This document shows, piece by piece, positions 12,514 through 26,481 of a DNA stretch of 64,000 bases. Source of the DNA: Daphnia carinata (Eukaryota); NCBI RefSeq assembly GCF_022539665.2, contig NC_081333.1, forward strand, positions 8,308,001 through 8,372,000. The letters run 5' to 3'. The notes beneath the pieces were generated by a model. The model made no database searches, was not told the DNA's origin, and worked only from the letters and a program-made list of their open reading frames with translations. Position 1 is the first letter of the stretch. Each line of letters starts with the position of its first letter. Both the position numbers and the translations under genes were made by a program.

Positions 12514-14238
12514 GAGACAAAAACAGAAAAAGGCGGAGGCGGTTTGGGAGAGTGGGCAACAAATCACTTTTATCCGATGCATCGTGACAAGAGTTATTCA
12601 ACTTTGGAGACGAATGTTTCCCAAACAACACACATACACACACACAAAAAAAAAAAAAAAGGGGGGGAAAAGAGGAAGCGACCGATCAACCGAGTAGGAG
12701 AAGCGCTCTGAGCAGCCGCGCCGATGGCGGTGACAATCGGCGTCGATATAAGGCCATCGCAAGCCAAAAGAAAGAGGAGGAACACATTTTCTTTAGCTGC
12801 TCAGTTTCGACTTGTGGGAAATTTATGGGACGATTGCAAAAACGCCAAGTGCGTTCAGGACCTGTCGGGGGCTGCTGTTGCCGCCGACACCATCACCGAA
12901 GGCCTCCTCCCACCCCCCCCCCCTTTTTTTTTCTCCGAAGAACAAAAAAAATAAAAGAAACTCCTTTTGTGCTTCTTGATGGGTGGCCGGCCACCAAATG
13001 CGATGACTATTCCAATACGTTCTCTTTCTCTGTGTCTTCGTGTATCTATCTCTTCGACTTCTCTGAAGTCCTTTTCCGTTAATTCCCGTTCAGGCCCGAA
13101 ATGTTGAAGTCACAGTAGGCGAGCCTCTTTCCTATGGCAACATCACATGAAGCTGCTAGCTGCCTACGTGTATGAAGAGACGCTGTTAAGACTCTTCTTC
13201 TTCTTTTGTCAAAGATAACATCAACCGCGGGCCGCGCACTTCGATAGACCCGACAGCTGCGAGGAAGGAGAGGCTCACAACATAAAGAGACGAGCAAAAG
13301 AGGAAAAGCGCATCAGACGGTAAAGGCCGATATCCATTTTAAATCCAGTCTTTCGATCACTCTTCTTCGTCCTCGAGACGTTGGTGAAGAAGAAGAAAAA
13401 AAAACACATTGCACAAGAGCGCGTACTGTGTCGGCCACATAGACGTGTGGCGATGATGTACGATAAAGAGCAGTTGCCTACAACTCGAGCACATCTTTGA
13501 TTTCTTTATCAATGGACGTCAATGGCGCGGGAAGGACTAGGACTTGAAATTTTTTAGTTGAATGAAATTCCGGAGCGCATACTGACGTTCCAGTGCTCGG
13601 ACGAGAGGTGTCATAAAGACATCCTGAAACTTTTCTCACGACTTGCGCTCTCAGCAAAACGCATGCCTTAATCGTGAGGCAATGGACACATCCCAAGTTC
13701 GATATCTTTGCCAGTTTTGAATGGGTTTGCGCATTTATTTATTTCCCTGAACAATCGTTATCGCAGTTCATACGACAGTCCAATGTCCGGGTGGGGACGT
13801 TTCTCATTTTTCTTTTTACTTCCTGATGTGTAAATTGGTATACAAGACAAAGGCCTTTAATAATGGGCTCCCCCCCGCCCAACACGCCACATATCACAGC
13901 CGGAACGCGTTCTGATAACCATTTGACACACGGAGTTAGGTAGCCGATGTTGGCCGGTTCGGTGTAAATCATCAAGTTTGATGCACGGCTGCCGTACCTG
14001 CTGCTCCCTGCTACCCACACCTCCTGTACACACCGTTCACACACACCGAGAAGAAAAAATAGAGAAATAGGCAGACACACTCAAGCCGAGTGTACATTAC
14101 TTTTGCGTTTCAGGTCCATTCGTTGTGGGGGGCCGGCAACGGTAGTGAGAGAGTACTAAATATCAGCCAGTCAAGGTGTGTTCCGTGTCCGTATGCAAAC
14201 AGGACACACGAGGCAACAAGAGACGAAGATAGAAACAC

Positions 14239-14263
14239 ATACACACACACACACACACACACA
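14239..14263. repeat. (AC)n microsatellite
   Basis: AC dinucleotide run read directly. Confidence 0.9.
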
Positions 14264-17200
14264 AAAGAAGAAAAAAAAAGGAGAGACAAAAATAAATAAA
14301 TAAATAGCATGGGCCACACGACTTTTTAAATGTAGCCCATTAAGAGGGAAGAAGACCTCACACCAGAGCCCAAACGACTTTGGTGGACACAATTTATGGA
14401 GCCGTTGACTTTGGTCACCATAAATAAGTGACTTCTTCTGTTTCTTTTTCTCGCCCTCTCTATTTTTTGTTTTGTTTGTTTGTTCTCCGAATGTGATTCC
14501 GATTCCCCCGCAACAACAACAACAAAAAGGAAAAGATTTCTTTGCTTCCAATCTCGTCGTGCGCCTCTATCTCTTCCGAGCTATTTGTATTCCCACTTTG
14601 CAGACCAATCGATTGCCGCATCCTGCCCTCACCTTTCGGAGGTGTATCTTTTACATACATTTGAATATTGGATAGCGGGATCGACTCCTATCTCGGCGCG
14701 CCCTTTTTTTTTTTCTTTTTTTTTTTTTTTGGTTTTCTTTTCTCTTCAGTGTTACGCAATTCGAATAACATCGCACATTATGTTAAGTGGATTGATGCAT
14801 TACAGTTTTGATAGAGGCGGAATAAAAACAAAATGGGGGGGGGGGGGAGAAAAGACAGCTCAATAACCCGTGTTTTTTTTTTTTTGGTAATAATGCCTCG
14901 TGCTGTCGATGAATATTACAACAATTTTATGTTAAATCATTCCGATCTTGGTGAATTATTCAAAAGACAAAACAAGAAAACGACGAGAACAAAAGAAAAG
15001 CGTGAAAGGCAGATCAACGCTCACTCTAAAAGACAGGCAAGACAACATCACACACAAAGAAAGAGTTTACAAAAAAAAAAACTTTAAAGGGAAATAAACA
15101 AAGAAAAACCTGTAATTACCAGCCTTTCGGTTTGGCCGATCGACATTTGCCTGGCAGCTTAGTGAATATTCAAACTCCCTTTTTTTCCCCCTTTCCGCTC
15201 GAAGAAATCGAAGCCTTATATGGTAACAGTTGAAATACGCATATAAAGCCTTTTTTTTTTAAATCCTTTTTACAGCCTGGGCGCAACAACGTATATTGTA
15301 ACTATAGAAGTAGTAGCCTAATAAGGGATACGGGTTCCCGAGCTTTTTTTTTTTTTTTTCTTTTCGTAATGGTCCGGGCGGCTCCTCGTGAAAGCGCGTG
15401 TGCGGCGTGCGCGCGGCCAACGAGGAATCACAAGAGCCGTAAACGCAAGAAAAAAAGACGACTGGCTGACGAAACTTATTGGATGGCTTATCGGACCAGT
15501 GCCATCTCGGCTATCGTTTCCTTTTTTTTTCCTACTCAAAAGAGCCCCGTTCACGGAATGAACAAAGTTCCGAGTAGAGAAAAAGAACGCTCTTCATTCG
15601 ACAGACCTCGTCAATTGGCCCTTTTTTTTTTCCTATTTTATTTTCTTGTTGTTGTTAACCCTCTTATTCTTTCCTCCCTTTTTTTTTGTATTCATTGCTG
15701 AATAGACGACATTTTAACATCCTTTGTGAAAGAAGAGGTGAACCGTCCGTCCAGCTACGCAGATGGACGTCAGTTGACAAAGCGAAGAAACGTGTTCTAA
15801 TTGAGTAATCGACAAAGGCCATCTTCTTTTGAGGAGCGCATCGAAGAGAGAGAGAGAAAGAAAACGAACGGTTAACTTGCCACTTATGGTAGTAACAAGC
15901 TAACCAAAAAAAAAAAAAAAACTCGGTGGGTGATCCTTTATTTTAGCGAATGAGTTCGAAAACATCTCAATTCGGTAGCACAGAATGCTCGCACCTAGCG
16001 CCATCGTCCCTACACTTCTCTATAAAATTCGTTCTTTAAAAATCTCTCACAGAAAAATTGAATTTGACAAAGGCAAACTACGGTAACAATTGCAAGAGAT
16101 AGAAATTCAACACATTTTGTGGGACGAGGGGGGGGGGGCGCCGAATCGAATGGACTTGATTCCATTGCGACTCCGCCCTACCACTCGATCAAGCAACGAG
16201 TTCTATACAAAATAACACACCACATCGACTGACAGCAGATTTTCTCCACTGTCTGGATATGGTATGAACAATCACGCAAGTCAAGCGTTGCGCATTGTTC
16301 CATCTCTACATGGGCTGCAGAACATCAAAGCGGTCGTGATGTGAAAGAAAAAAAAAAAAAAAAAAAGAAAAACGCGACGGCCATCATCCAAAAAATAGAA
16401 ACCATTCAAGAACTCCTTGTGGCGTCCATGCCACACATATATAATACCAATATAGGGTTTAATTCCAGACAGAAACAGATTTTACGATTGACTGGCCTCC
16501 CCCACATCGTCAGCCGCAGCTTGTTGAAAATGCAAACTCGTCCTCAAACACTAGAAGAATAGAGATAGTGCCAGGATTTCTATTGGATTTCCCTTTGTAA
16601 TCATTCCTACCTCTCTCTCTCCTGGATACCTTTTCCCTTTGCTTTAAATGGTGTTACACGACTTGCCACAAAAGAAGGACACAGAGGGAATGTAAAAAAA
16701 AAAAAAAAAAAAAAAAAAGAAAGAAAAAAAAAAGGGCAAACAAATATTTAAAAAAAAAAAAAAAAAAACGGAGACTCTTAGCGGAAAATGGAAAACACAC
16801 TGACAGGGCTAAACAACCGGCTCCGGAGGAATCGTGACGCGCTCGAGTGAGCTCTGCGGGATTATCCTGCAACGACAAGCCTTTTTTTTTTCTTTTTCGG
16901 TCGAGACTATCAAAGACAGATAGTGAAAAATAAAGAGAGATAGAGAGGAAACCGGTAAGGGGGGGGGGGGGGGGACCAAAACTTTGAACACGACCGAGAT
17001 GGGGGAGGGGGATGATCCTGACATGGCTATTGTGGAGACCACTTTTACCACCACTTTTCAGTTGGCTTAATGTAATTCTCTGAATTGCATTGGAGAGAAG
17101 ACGAAGAGAATGGCAGACGTAGAGACATCAACCGATGCGTGTACATTTGGTGATGGCGATGCGTTTTTTTTTAACCGTCAAATTCAAATTTGGAACCATA

Positions 17201-20200
17201 AGAGGCACACAAAAAAAAATAAATCAAATGTATGCATTTATTTAAAGAGGGAAAGGGATTATGCGTATTTCGTTTTAGGTCTGTTTATTGTTAGACTTAA
17301 AACTGTCGGTGGCGACGGGAACTTGTATACATAAAGGTGTAAACCCTGGCAGGGCCACCCGCACGTTCACAGACGGTGAACCCTGAACTCCTGAACCTCG
17401 AAACAATTCATTGCGTTTTAATAAAAGGCGACGACTGCTTTTTTGTTGTTCTTATGACTGGATATAGCCCGCCATCACGGAAGATTCTGATTACTAAAAA
17501 CTGCGCGCGCATATTCTCCTCTCTCAATGAAAAAAATAAATAAATAAAAAATACAAGAAAACATTTACGATAAAGAGGCCTCTCTTTTGTAGTTGGACTA
17601 TTGTGGTACTCTATCGAGCGAATGCGTCGGCGGCGGTATCTTTTGCGAGTGGCCTCGGTGAATAGACGGAATCCATCAGCTGCACGTAATCCTCTAGAGG
17701 AATGTAAGCAGAAAGAAGATAACAATTCTAAACGTCTCGACAGTGTGCGGCAATCTCTTCCGTCCCAGATACGTGGTAGATACATCGTAGATGTCGTAGA
17801 CAGAGTGCACGCATAGTAAAACGTAATTATCGACAAACAATACTTCTCGTGTGTAGGGTTGCGTGTTGAGTTTGATCACATTGTTGTTCAAGCAAATTAT
17901 CGATAAAATAAAAACAACAACAGGTCGATCAGACTGTGAGGAGTAGCCGAGCAAACTAGTGCGTGTGCTACTGACCAGCGCTGGCCAACACAACGATCGA
18001 TTGAATTACAAGTGATTTTTAAAACATAAAAGGATTTGGAATGACGATGGAAAGGCCTGTGAAGCGACGAATGTATCTACTTGAGATACGAACGTCTACT
18101 GCAATCAATCCAATTAGGATTGACATCTCGAAATAACCAAATAGCAGAGGCAATGAATAAACGACGAGTAAGTTTGAATGATTACAATTACGAGCGTCCA
18201 ATACACTCATTTGTAACCAAAGGCCTATTTCGTCGTTGTACGTGTGGAATAAAATGAAGGACAATACGCAATTCCATTTGCGTTACTTCAACGTGCATGA
18301 GATAGAAACATGAGACTATTGATTTGATACAAATGCTAATCAGTTCGTAAGCTGATAAATTACGTCGCAGTTTGTTGACATTGAATTGATTTTTACAAAA
18401 AAAAAATGGAACGATAATTTCAAAACAATGAAATTAACATTCAATTTTAAATAACAAGGAACGATCAATAGGTAGGCATAATTGAAATTAAAAAAACTCT
18501 GATGAACCGTGATTTCAGCAGGAATGATTAGCGCAAATGTCACTAGGCTCAAACCAATTTTTGATCATGTTATAAAACAGGCCTATAAGCAAAGATTAGA
18601 AAAAGAAAAGCCTGACAAACTCAGCAGTGCGCAGCTAGCCACGAAAAAAAAAAACAAGAAATAGATCCGCTCGATGTCACTCGCCGACGGACAAACATCC
18701 AATTAAATCCTACAGACTCAAAAATAATCACCTCTATTGAAATGATTTACCCGCACAATTCCCAGAACATTCTCTACTACAACCTGTTTCTTCACCTCGG
18801 AGATACATTTGCCATTTCAAACAGAAAATGTCGTGAAAAACTGTAGTGAGTAAAACAACATCAAAGTCACCCTTGACGAGTCGTACGACCGGAATTTCAG
18901 CTTTAAAAAAAAAAAAAAAAATTCGATTTGTTACGTCTGTCGAGAAAGTTAAAATGCTGTCCGTTTTCTTTTCTTACTTCTGTCCCATTTTTTTTTTGTT
19001 GGTGTTGTCGCTTTTTACTGCTCACGAGGGTCTTTTTTTTTTTTTGAGGCCGAATCATCGGTCACAAGTCAGTTGTAGAAATACTATTGGTCAGAGTCGT
19101 GCCAAGGCGGAAGGCTTGTCACCGCTACATGGTGCCCCTTCGTGTTGTAACGAAAAAGTCAAACCACCAACCAAACAACAACAACAAAAAAAGAAAAAAG
19201 ACGAGACCTTTAAACGCGCCCACATATTTACTCGAGACACATCGTTCATCTCGAACGCATGCACGTACAGATTTTATTTTATTTTATTTTTTTTTAAATA
19301 AGTGTGGCTGTTGTAATACTTTCAAAACAGACTCCACGGAGAGGTCCTTGTCGGAGTCTATACGAAAGCGGACAAAGAGAAATCACCAGCGAGTGGATGA
19401 TGAACATAATGAAAAAAAAAAAAAGGGAAAGAAAAAATTCAAAAGAAAACCTCAAGAGTATCATAGTTATATCGCAACTCATTAACTTTTTTTTTTTTTT
19501 TTTTTTCGTAGAGGCACCAAACCACCATCATGGCTAGCGCAGATATATATGACTATTAGGTGCAGTCGTTTGTTATTTCATAAATAATGAGAAAATACAT
19601 CCCGTGTCATCCCCTATAACTTTGAAGCCTTTGGCGCGAGCGATAGACCCTTTCGGCCCGGTGTAAAAAAAAAAAAAAAAAAAAAAAAACGAAGTTGGGG
19701 CCAGGATTTCTGGAACGAGTGTGTATATATATGCCAGGACCCATCAAAAGGTATATGGAGCCCCCCTGGTGTGACGATCTCGCGTTGGCTCGCGCCCGCT
19801 CCTTTTCCCTAGCCGAGGATGCATCGCTAATCAAATCCAAACCTAGATGGTCAAGAGTTACATCCCTTTTTTCTTATACTTTTTTTTTCTTCTTCTACTG
19901 CAGAAAAACAATATGATAGAAAAATAGCCGACGATACGAGTGGATTCAACAGGAATCATCATTATAAATGGATGACCAATTGGCCGGCATTCCACCTTCT
20001 CCATCGCGTCCAAAGATTGAAGAAGAAAGACGGTTCCCTTGTACTAATATTCAAATGTATTGCATACTAATACCTCTTTTGCCGAACGATCCAAGTTCTT
20101 TTCTTATTCTCTCAATCGAATTCCATTCATCATCTTCCAATTCCTCTTCCTAAATTCCTTCCATCCCACGACCAATAAAAAAATAAAAAATAGAAAAAGA

Positions 20201-23200
20201 AAAAGGAACGTCGTCCTATCACGACTTCGGCAAAAAAAACAAAAAAAAACAACAAAAAAAACACACAAAAAAAACAACAACTATGAAGCCATGAATTCCG
20301 TCTAGGTGGATCGTAAAACGAAATCAAAATACAAATGAAAAAACCCAAAGAATAAAAACTCCAAAGATTGTCAAGCTTCCCGAATGTTACCTGACAATAG
20401 TTACTATTGCACGTCAAGAGGGGCACTTCAGGGACGCATTTTCCATATTCGATGTGACTGTACAAGAGAAGAATTAAATAAAGGAACACAGAAGAAGAAG
20501 AAGGCAAAAGAATATCTTTGAAGACTATAACGAATGACTGACTGCTCATCCATCGAAAGCCGATGGTGAGCCACACCTCGACTGTCTCGTGACGTGAATT
20601 TCCCGCTGGGTGTGTGCGCATTTCTCACATTTCTCAACACCGAAACGGAATCGGAGAAGTACGCCTTTATCCTGTACGTTTCTTTGTGTCACTTTTGAGT
20701 TTTTTTTTTCGACGCAGTTGTTTCCCTTTCCATACAAAACTTGCATTTGAAAAAAAAAAAAAAATCATTCTTCAATATATGGTTGTTCGTTTAATGCAAG
20801 CACATTCACATAGGTAATACAAGGCTCGTACGCCTTCACTGCGTGATATCACGAAGCGTCGACGATGTTTCCCATAAGGTTCCCGAGGAATGTTATTCAA
20901 ATTTCTTCAAGATTGTTGCGCTAGAGATCGAGCAACAACAATAAGAAAATAAGAAAAAAAAAAGGGAGAGAATATAATAACAATAAAATAAGGAACGATA
21001 GTCACTTCCCCTCCCTGTCTTGTTCCCACCATAACCCGCGATGATGGAAGTTGAGATACAATCAAGAAGAGTTTGACAGAAACAAAATGATCGAGCCCGC
21101 GTCATTTGGTCACAACTTGTCATCACATTTGACACGTGAAATTAAACACGTAACGAACTCTTTTTTTTTTAAATTGCATTACGAGTGGGAGGAACACAAT
21201 AAGAACGGGATGAGCGCTGTGCACGACCGCTACTGCCAACTGGCGGTCAATGTGCGAACCCTTTGGTGATACTCTCTGCAGTAAAAACAAGAAAAGAAAA
21301 ACAAACGAAGCAAAACTTTGCTGCCACGATACTCCCGAGACAACATCACAGAGCACAGACGAAACCGGACGGGATTCCATCACTTTTCAAATCAATTTTC
21401 GCAATCCATTGATGCAGAACAAAGCAAAATGAAAGAACGAAAAAAAAAACAAAAAACAAGAGGGCCTTAATTGAACGCAAACGAAATAAACGCGTTACGA
21501 ATTCAAGAAAAAGAGAAGGAAGAAAAAAAAAGAAACCAAATGCCAGAGATGCTTTCGGTATGTACGCACAGCTTGATGGCTGTGATGAAAATCAGAGTCG
21601 ATCAGTGCGAGATGAGACAACAATATCGACGCTTCGTTCACGTTCGCCCCTCTCCGGTATAAAGAAGTTTGCACGCGGCCTGCCCTTTTTTTTTTTTTCC
21701 TTTTGCATCGTTTTGCCTACGCACCTTCACACAACCTACACATTGCACAGAGATATAGGTGCCAAAAGTGGGCAGGTGGAGCGGAGCCGTCGACTCTTTC
21801 TATTTGCTGAGCTGTGAGGACGCGCACGTCAGAGGAGGGAAACACATTATTATTGTTATTATTACTATTATAGCATTTCTCCTTTTCTCTTCTTCTTCTT
21901 CTTCTTCTTCTGCCTTTCCCTTGGCCTCTCGCACGTCCCTAACCTCCCTGTTTTGCTATAAAAGGTGTGCAACGGAGCAGATTATTATCTTCACGCGTGA
22001 TGGGCCAGCACAGGCCTTTTTGGCAGGAACGAGAATCAGATTTCACTTTTAAGAGAGGAAGGAAAATGTATCGCATTGGATGGCAGGTGACCAGCGGCAA
22101 ATTCCTAGCATATCAGACCTGTTTCACGTTGCAACAGGTGTTGGTTGCAACAAGTTCGAACAGCAGCAGAGCTCTATCTCGACAGGATATCAAGAGGTAA
22201 AAAAAAAAAAAGAAAATAATAATAATAAAAAGAGCGTGCCACTGGGCGGTCTTCTCCCAATATTACTCACACCCATCCTATCGAGAAAAAAAAAATGTGT
22301 AGCTCAAACTACTGAATAAAATGCCTGGAATTCTCAGTCCGAGAAGCTCCGATTTATTTATTTTTTTTTTTTTTTGTGAATGAAAGTGTTGGAAAATCTA
22401 GTGCGGTCGAATGAAATATTTTTGTGGGATTTCCCGCTGTGGACGTGTTTCCCTCTCCCAGGTGTGTATGTGTGTAGGTAACAGACCCCGTAAGGTGCAG
22501 ATGGGGGTGCAACTGTCGACAGCAGGTGGTATTGCACCGTAAAGTCCGTAACGTCTTTTTTTTTTTTTTTTAATTCTTCCGTAATTAATTCTCTTTTCCT
22601 TCATCGGGACTATAAGGAAGAAGAAAAAGGAAAAAAAAAACGGGGGGAAGCAAGTAGGGGGTTGAAGGTTCAAATCGGAGGTGTAACGCAGCAGGATTGC
22701 CATACACACCCCTGCCGTCATTCGACGACGGGGTCCAGGCGTTGCGCACTTTGAAATCCATTGATCATTCGAGCGCTGTATGGGGGCAACAGCATCATGA
22801 CTTCGCCCCCGTGTTCTAGATGATGATGATGATGATGTTGTAAATAAATGGACTTTGTTTTCGACTGTGTTGCGTCTTGATTGTTTTAACGCATTCCTAT
22901 TTGTGAAAGGGAAACGAGGGTTGGGCATTTACAGATTGAAAAGGAAAGAAAATCTCATCGGGTAGGTGATGGGTAAATGTAATCCAATAGCTGGACGATG
23001 ACGCGAGGAATGTTCGGCACATTCCTTCACAAAATTCATAATGACACATTGAGGCTAAAAAGGTGTGGTGTGCGGTGTGTGGTGTGTACAAAAAAAAACA
23101 AAATGGGGGAATTCATCACGCACCGTGACCGCGCTGTCACGACATTGAACGCAGTTTGTGAAATTGCTTCGTTCAGTGATTTCATTCAGCTTCACCTGGG

Positions 23201-24204
23201 AATGACGCAAGAAGTAAAAATGTTTCCCAATAACCCGTAGATGCGGAACCAATTGACCAAATTGCACCTGACCAGGTGGCCAATCAAATTTTATTAATTC
23301 CTCCCCCCCCCCCCTAAAAAAAAATAACAGGACAATATCGATCAGTCAAAACTTTTTTACAACCTCTCGTTAACAATTTTTTTATTTTTACTGCAGACAC
23401 TCCTTGACTGAAAATTCGTAATCGATCAAACGTGCATTCAAAAAAAAATAAAAAATAAAAAAGTTCATTCTCTAGACGGTTTCGCGAGTGCGCAGCAGCC
23501 AAATGCAAGCCCACGACCACCTGCCGCTGCTCGTTTAGTTTTTTACGTGCGCGTTTGGAAGCGCCACAGGCCACACAAACATGTCACGAAGAACCATTCG
23601 ATCGTGAAGAAAATGTGTAGGCTCCCCTCCCGCACGGTAGATTCCGGTTCCGGGTCACAAAACACACCGAGTCCGTGTATGTTTTTGTTTTTGTTTTTGT
23701 TTTTTGTCTTATTTCTATTTCAATAATATTTCGTATTATTCGATTTTTATTTACTTTGCGTGCCGCAGCTCATTCAGCTTAGTTGTTGGGTCGGTCGACA
23801 AGCAAAAAAAGAGGAGAACGATTCAAAGAATAAGAAAAAAAAAAACAATCGGCGGGAAGTTCAATTTTCTTGGCTATTCACGCAAGAGAAAGACGGAAGA
23901 AACAAAACAAAACAAAAATAAGGTATTTTAACCGCCCACAATCAAAAGCGGATAGAAATCAGTGATTTATCCCGCAGCATCCGTATCTCTATTGACGTAT
24001 AATTGGCCGGCAGTCGTCATAAAAGAATCCCGACTCTCTGATGACCCCGTAATGCATTCATCAAGTAAGGAAAACAGCAACAAACAATAGGAAGAAAAGA
24101 AAAAAAAAATGAAACAACAAAACACATCGATTGGGTTCTTCAGACTTTCAAATCCTCCTCCTATTCCACCTCCTCTTCTTTCCCCGAACCATAAAATAAA
24201 AAAA

Positions 24205-24237
<33 letters not shown>

Positions 24238-25281
24238 GCTGTGGAATAAACAACAAAACATTTGCCTACACCGCACACGGAACGGCGAAACAAAAGCATT
24301 TTAGGTCCTTTTCTCTCTCTTCTGCAGACGAAAGAGAGTGGGCGGAGTGGGAGGTGATAACGATTTAAAACAAGTTTCCCTTGTGCGGATGCCGCGCGCT
24401 TTTCACCCAACCCCCTCTTCCGTGTATAACTTCGTGCTTCCCTTTTTTTTTTTTTCCTTCCTTTTTGTTTTAAAATAAATATTTAAGCTATTGTTCGTTC
24501 GCACGCAAAAAGGAATTTGGGAAAAAAGAAAAACAAAAAATCCCTTCCCCTTTGGGTGTAACATAAAATTCTTGCGCTAAACGGGTCAAACGCGGAAAAG
24601 GCTTTCAGAAAAGCCGATTGTGAACGAATCTACACATTTCGACCCATCAGAGTCTCTCAACGAACAATAAAATAGCGAGCGGTTCCTTTCGTTCGCCAAC
24701 GTCGCAGTCAACGCGGTGAGTTTATTAGAAAATTTAAGCGCCAATCGATTCGCGTGGCTCGACACAAAATTTGCCGAGTCAGAGGTGAAAGAAGGAGATG
24801 ATAGCAGGGCACGAGCACTAAAGAAATGGCTGATTTAATCATTGTGACAATGCAAGAAAAAAAAAATAGAAAATAGAAAATGAGCGGATCGGGTTGTGTG
24901 GGTCGTCGCGGTTCTGCATAATTGAATTACGGTAGGGATAGGCTTCGCCTTCTTCTCCACCAACACATCAACGGAATGTGCAAATGGTGGACACCCCACG
25001 ACTCGCCCCACAGATGTGAATCCGGCTCGGTGTCAATTAACCACCATATTCAACTTCTTCATGCTGCCGTTAGCTGCTGTCGTCCCTCCTCCCACCCGTC
25101 CCCATCTTGCCTTATAGTTCACAGGTGACTGCTGCTGCTAATGAAGGCCGACGACTAGATAAATAGCTGGTGACAAAAGAAGAATAAAAAGAAAACGAAG
25201 AAAAAAAAGCCATTCGACAGTTCCTTTCTTCTATTCTTTTTTTTCCTCTTGAAAAACAGCGCACTAAATCCGCCCAATGAT

Positions 25282-25286
<5 letters not shown>

Positions 25287-25326
<40 letters not shown>
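25287..25326. repeat. (GA)n microsatellite
   Basis: About 20 GA units followed by a poly(A) run. Confidence 0.95.
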
Positions 25327-25330
<4 letters not shown>

Positions 25331-26450
25331 AAAAAAAAAGCCGACCTTTCACCTTTCAAAGAAACGTCTCGCAGAATAACAATACACGACTTCAAGAGAC
25401 AGCGAAAGGTAGAGAGTAACATCGCAGTATGTGTACAAGAGTACGCGAGGGGGTGACTTGACGGAGGGTCGAAGAGACTCCCGACAGAGTGGAAAGAAGG
25501 GACTTTTCTTCTTTTCTCTTTCCGTGAGAATGATGCCACCCTCGGTGTCGCCCGAGTGATGATGGACTCTTTTCTCTATACAGGATTAAAAATAAAAAAA
25601 AAAAAAAAAAAAAAAAGTTGACTTGTGGGCCGCTTTCAGATCTCGGTGACGACCCACGGAGCGAGAACCAATAAAGAAGCCGCTCAAGTAGAACGCAAAA
25701 AAAAAAAAATAATAATAATGTTGGAAGTAAATTTTGAATTTGAATAAAAAAAAACTAAATTCAAATTTGAAAAGTTAAAGAAAAGAAAAAAAAACAAACA
25801 AATAAATGGCATTTGCGAGATCCATGTCCCGCGCGCGATGCGCACCGAGACATTTAAATGCGGCAAGATCTGTACGGAATTTTTGAGATGTGAAAAGACA
25901 CTGAAGAAAAAACAAACTCCTCAGCGCTCCGGAATATAAATCAGCAATAGAAGGGGGGCTTCTAACTCGGATCGTTCGTGTTCGTTTTCCCACGACCTGT
26001 TGCCATCCCGTGTGGTTACGCATACGATATAGAAACGTATGGATAGCCGACAGGGGCGCCCCCTATTGTCATAAATTTATCGACGGCGGCTGACTGGAAT
26101 GTTGCCTCGTGAAATAAAAAAAAATAAAAATACATCTACGGGTATGTGTATATTAAAACAAGAATCCCCACAAAAACATTATTAGATGATATGCCAGCAA
26201 GAAATCGCGCCATTGGAGTAGTCTCGCTCCTCCTCTTTACCTTTTCCTCATACGGTTTCTCCTCCTCCTGCAACCTCCTACTCAGCGGGAAATGTAATTC
26301 GCCACGGATAACGAATCGAGAAACAAACCTCCTTCCCATGCCATTTCCCCAGCATTTTTTTTTTAAAAGACCGTTTTCACTATCATATTTTTATTTTCAC
26401 ATGCGAAAAAATGCGGGAGGTTTGAAAAGCTGTGGAAAAATGCGAACGAG

Positions 26451-26481
<31 letters not shown>

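Noticed and set aside
13892..13901. TATCACAGCC, identical to the 5' end of miR-2 family miRNAs
   Set aside because: The match stops after about 10 nt and there is no complementary upstream arm to form a pre-miRNA hairpin.
16958..17011. Long G runs (possible G-quadruplex), and many similar poly-C/G and poly-A/T runs elsewhere
   Set aside because: Homopolymers are pervasive here and their lengths may reflect slippage or sequencing error. Nothing points to a specific function.
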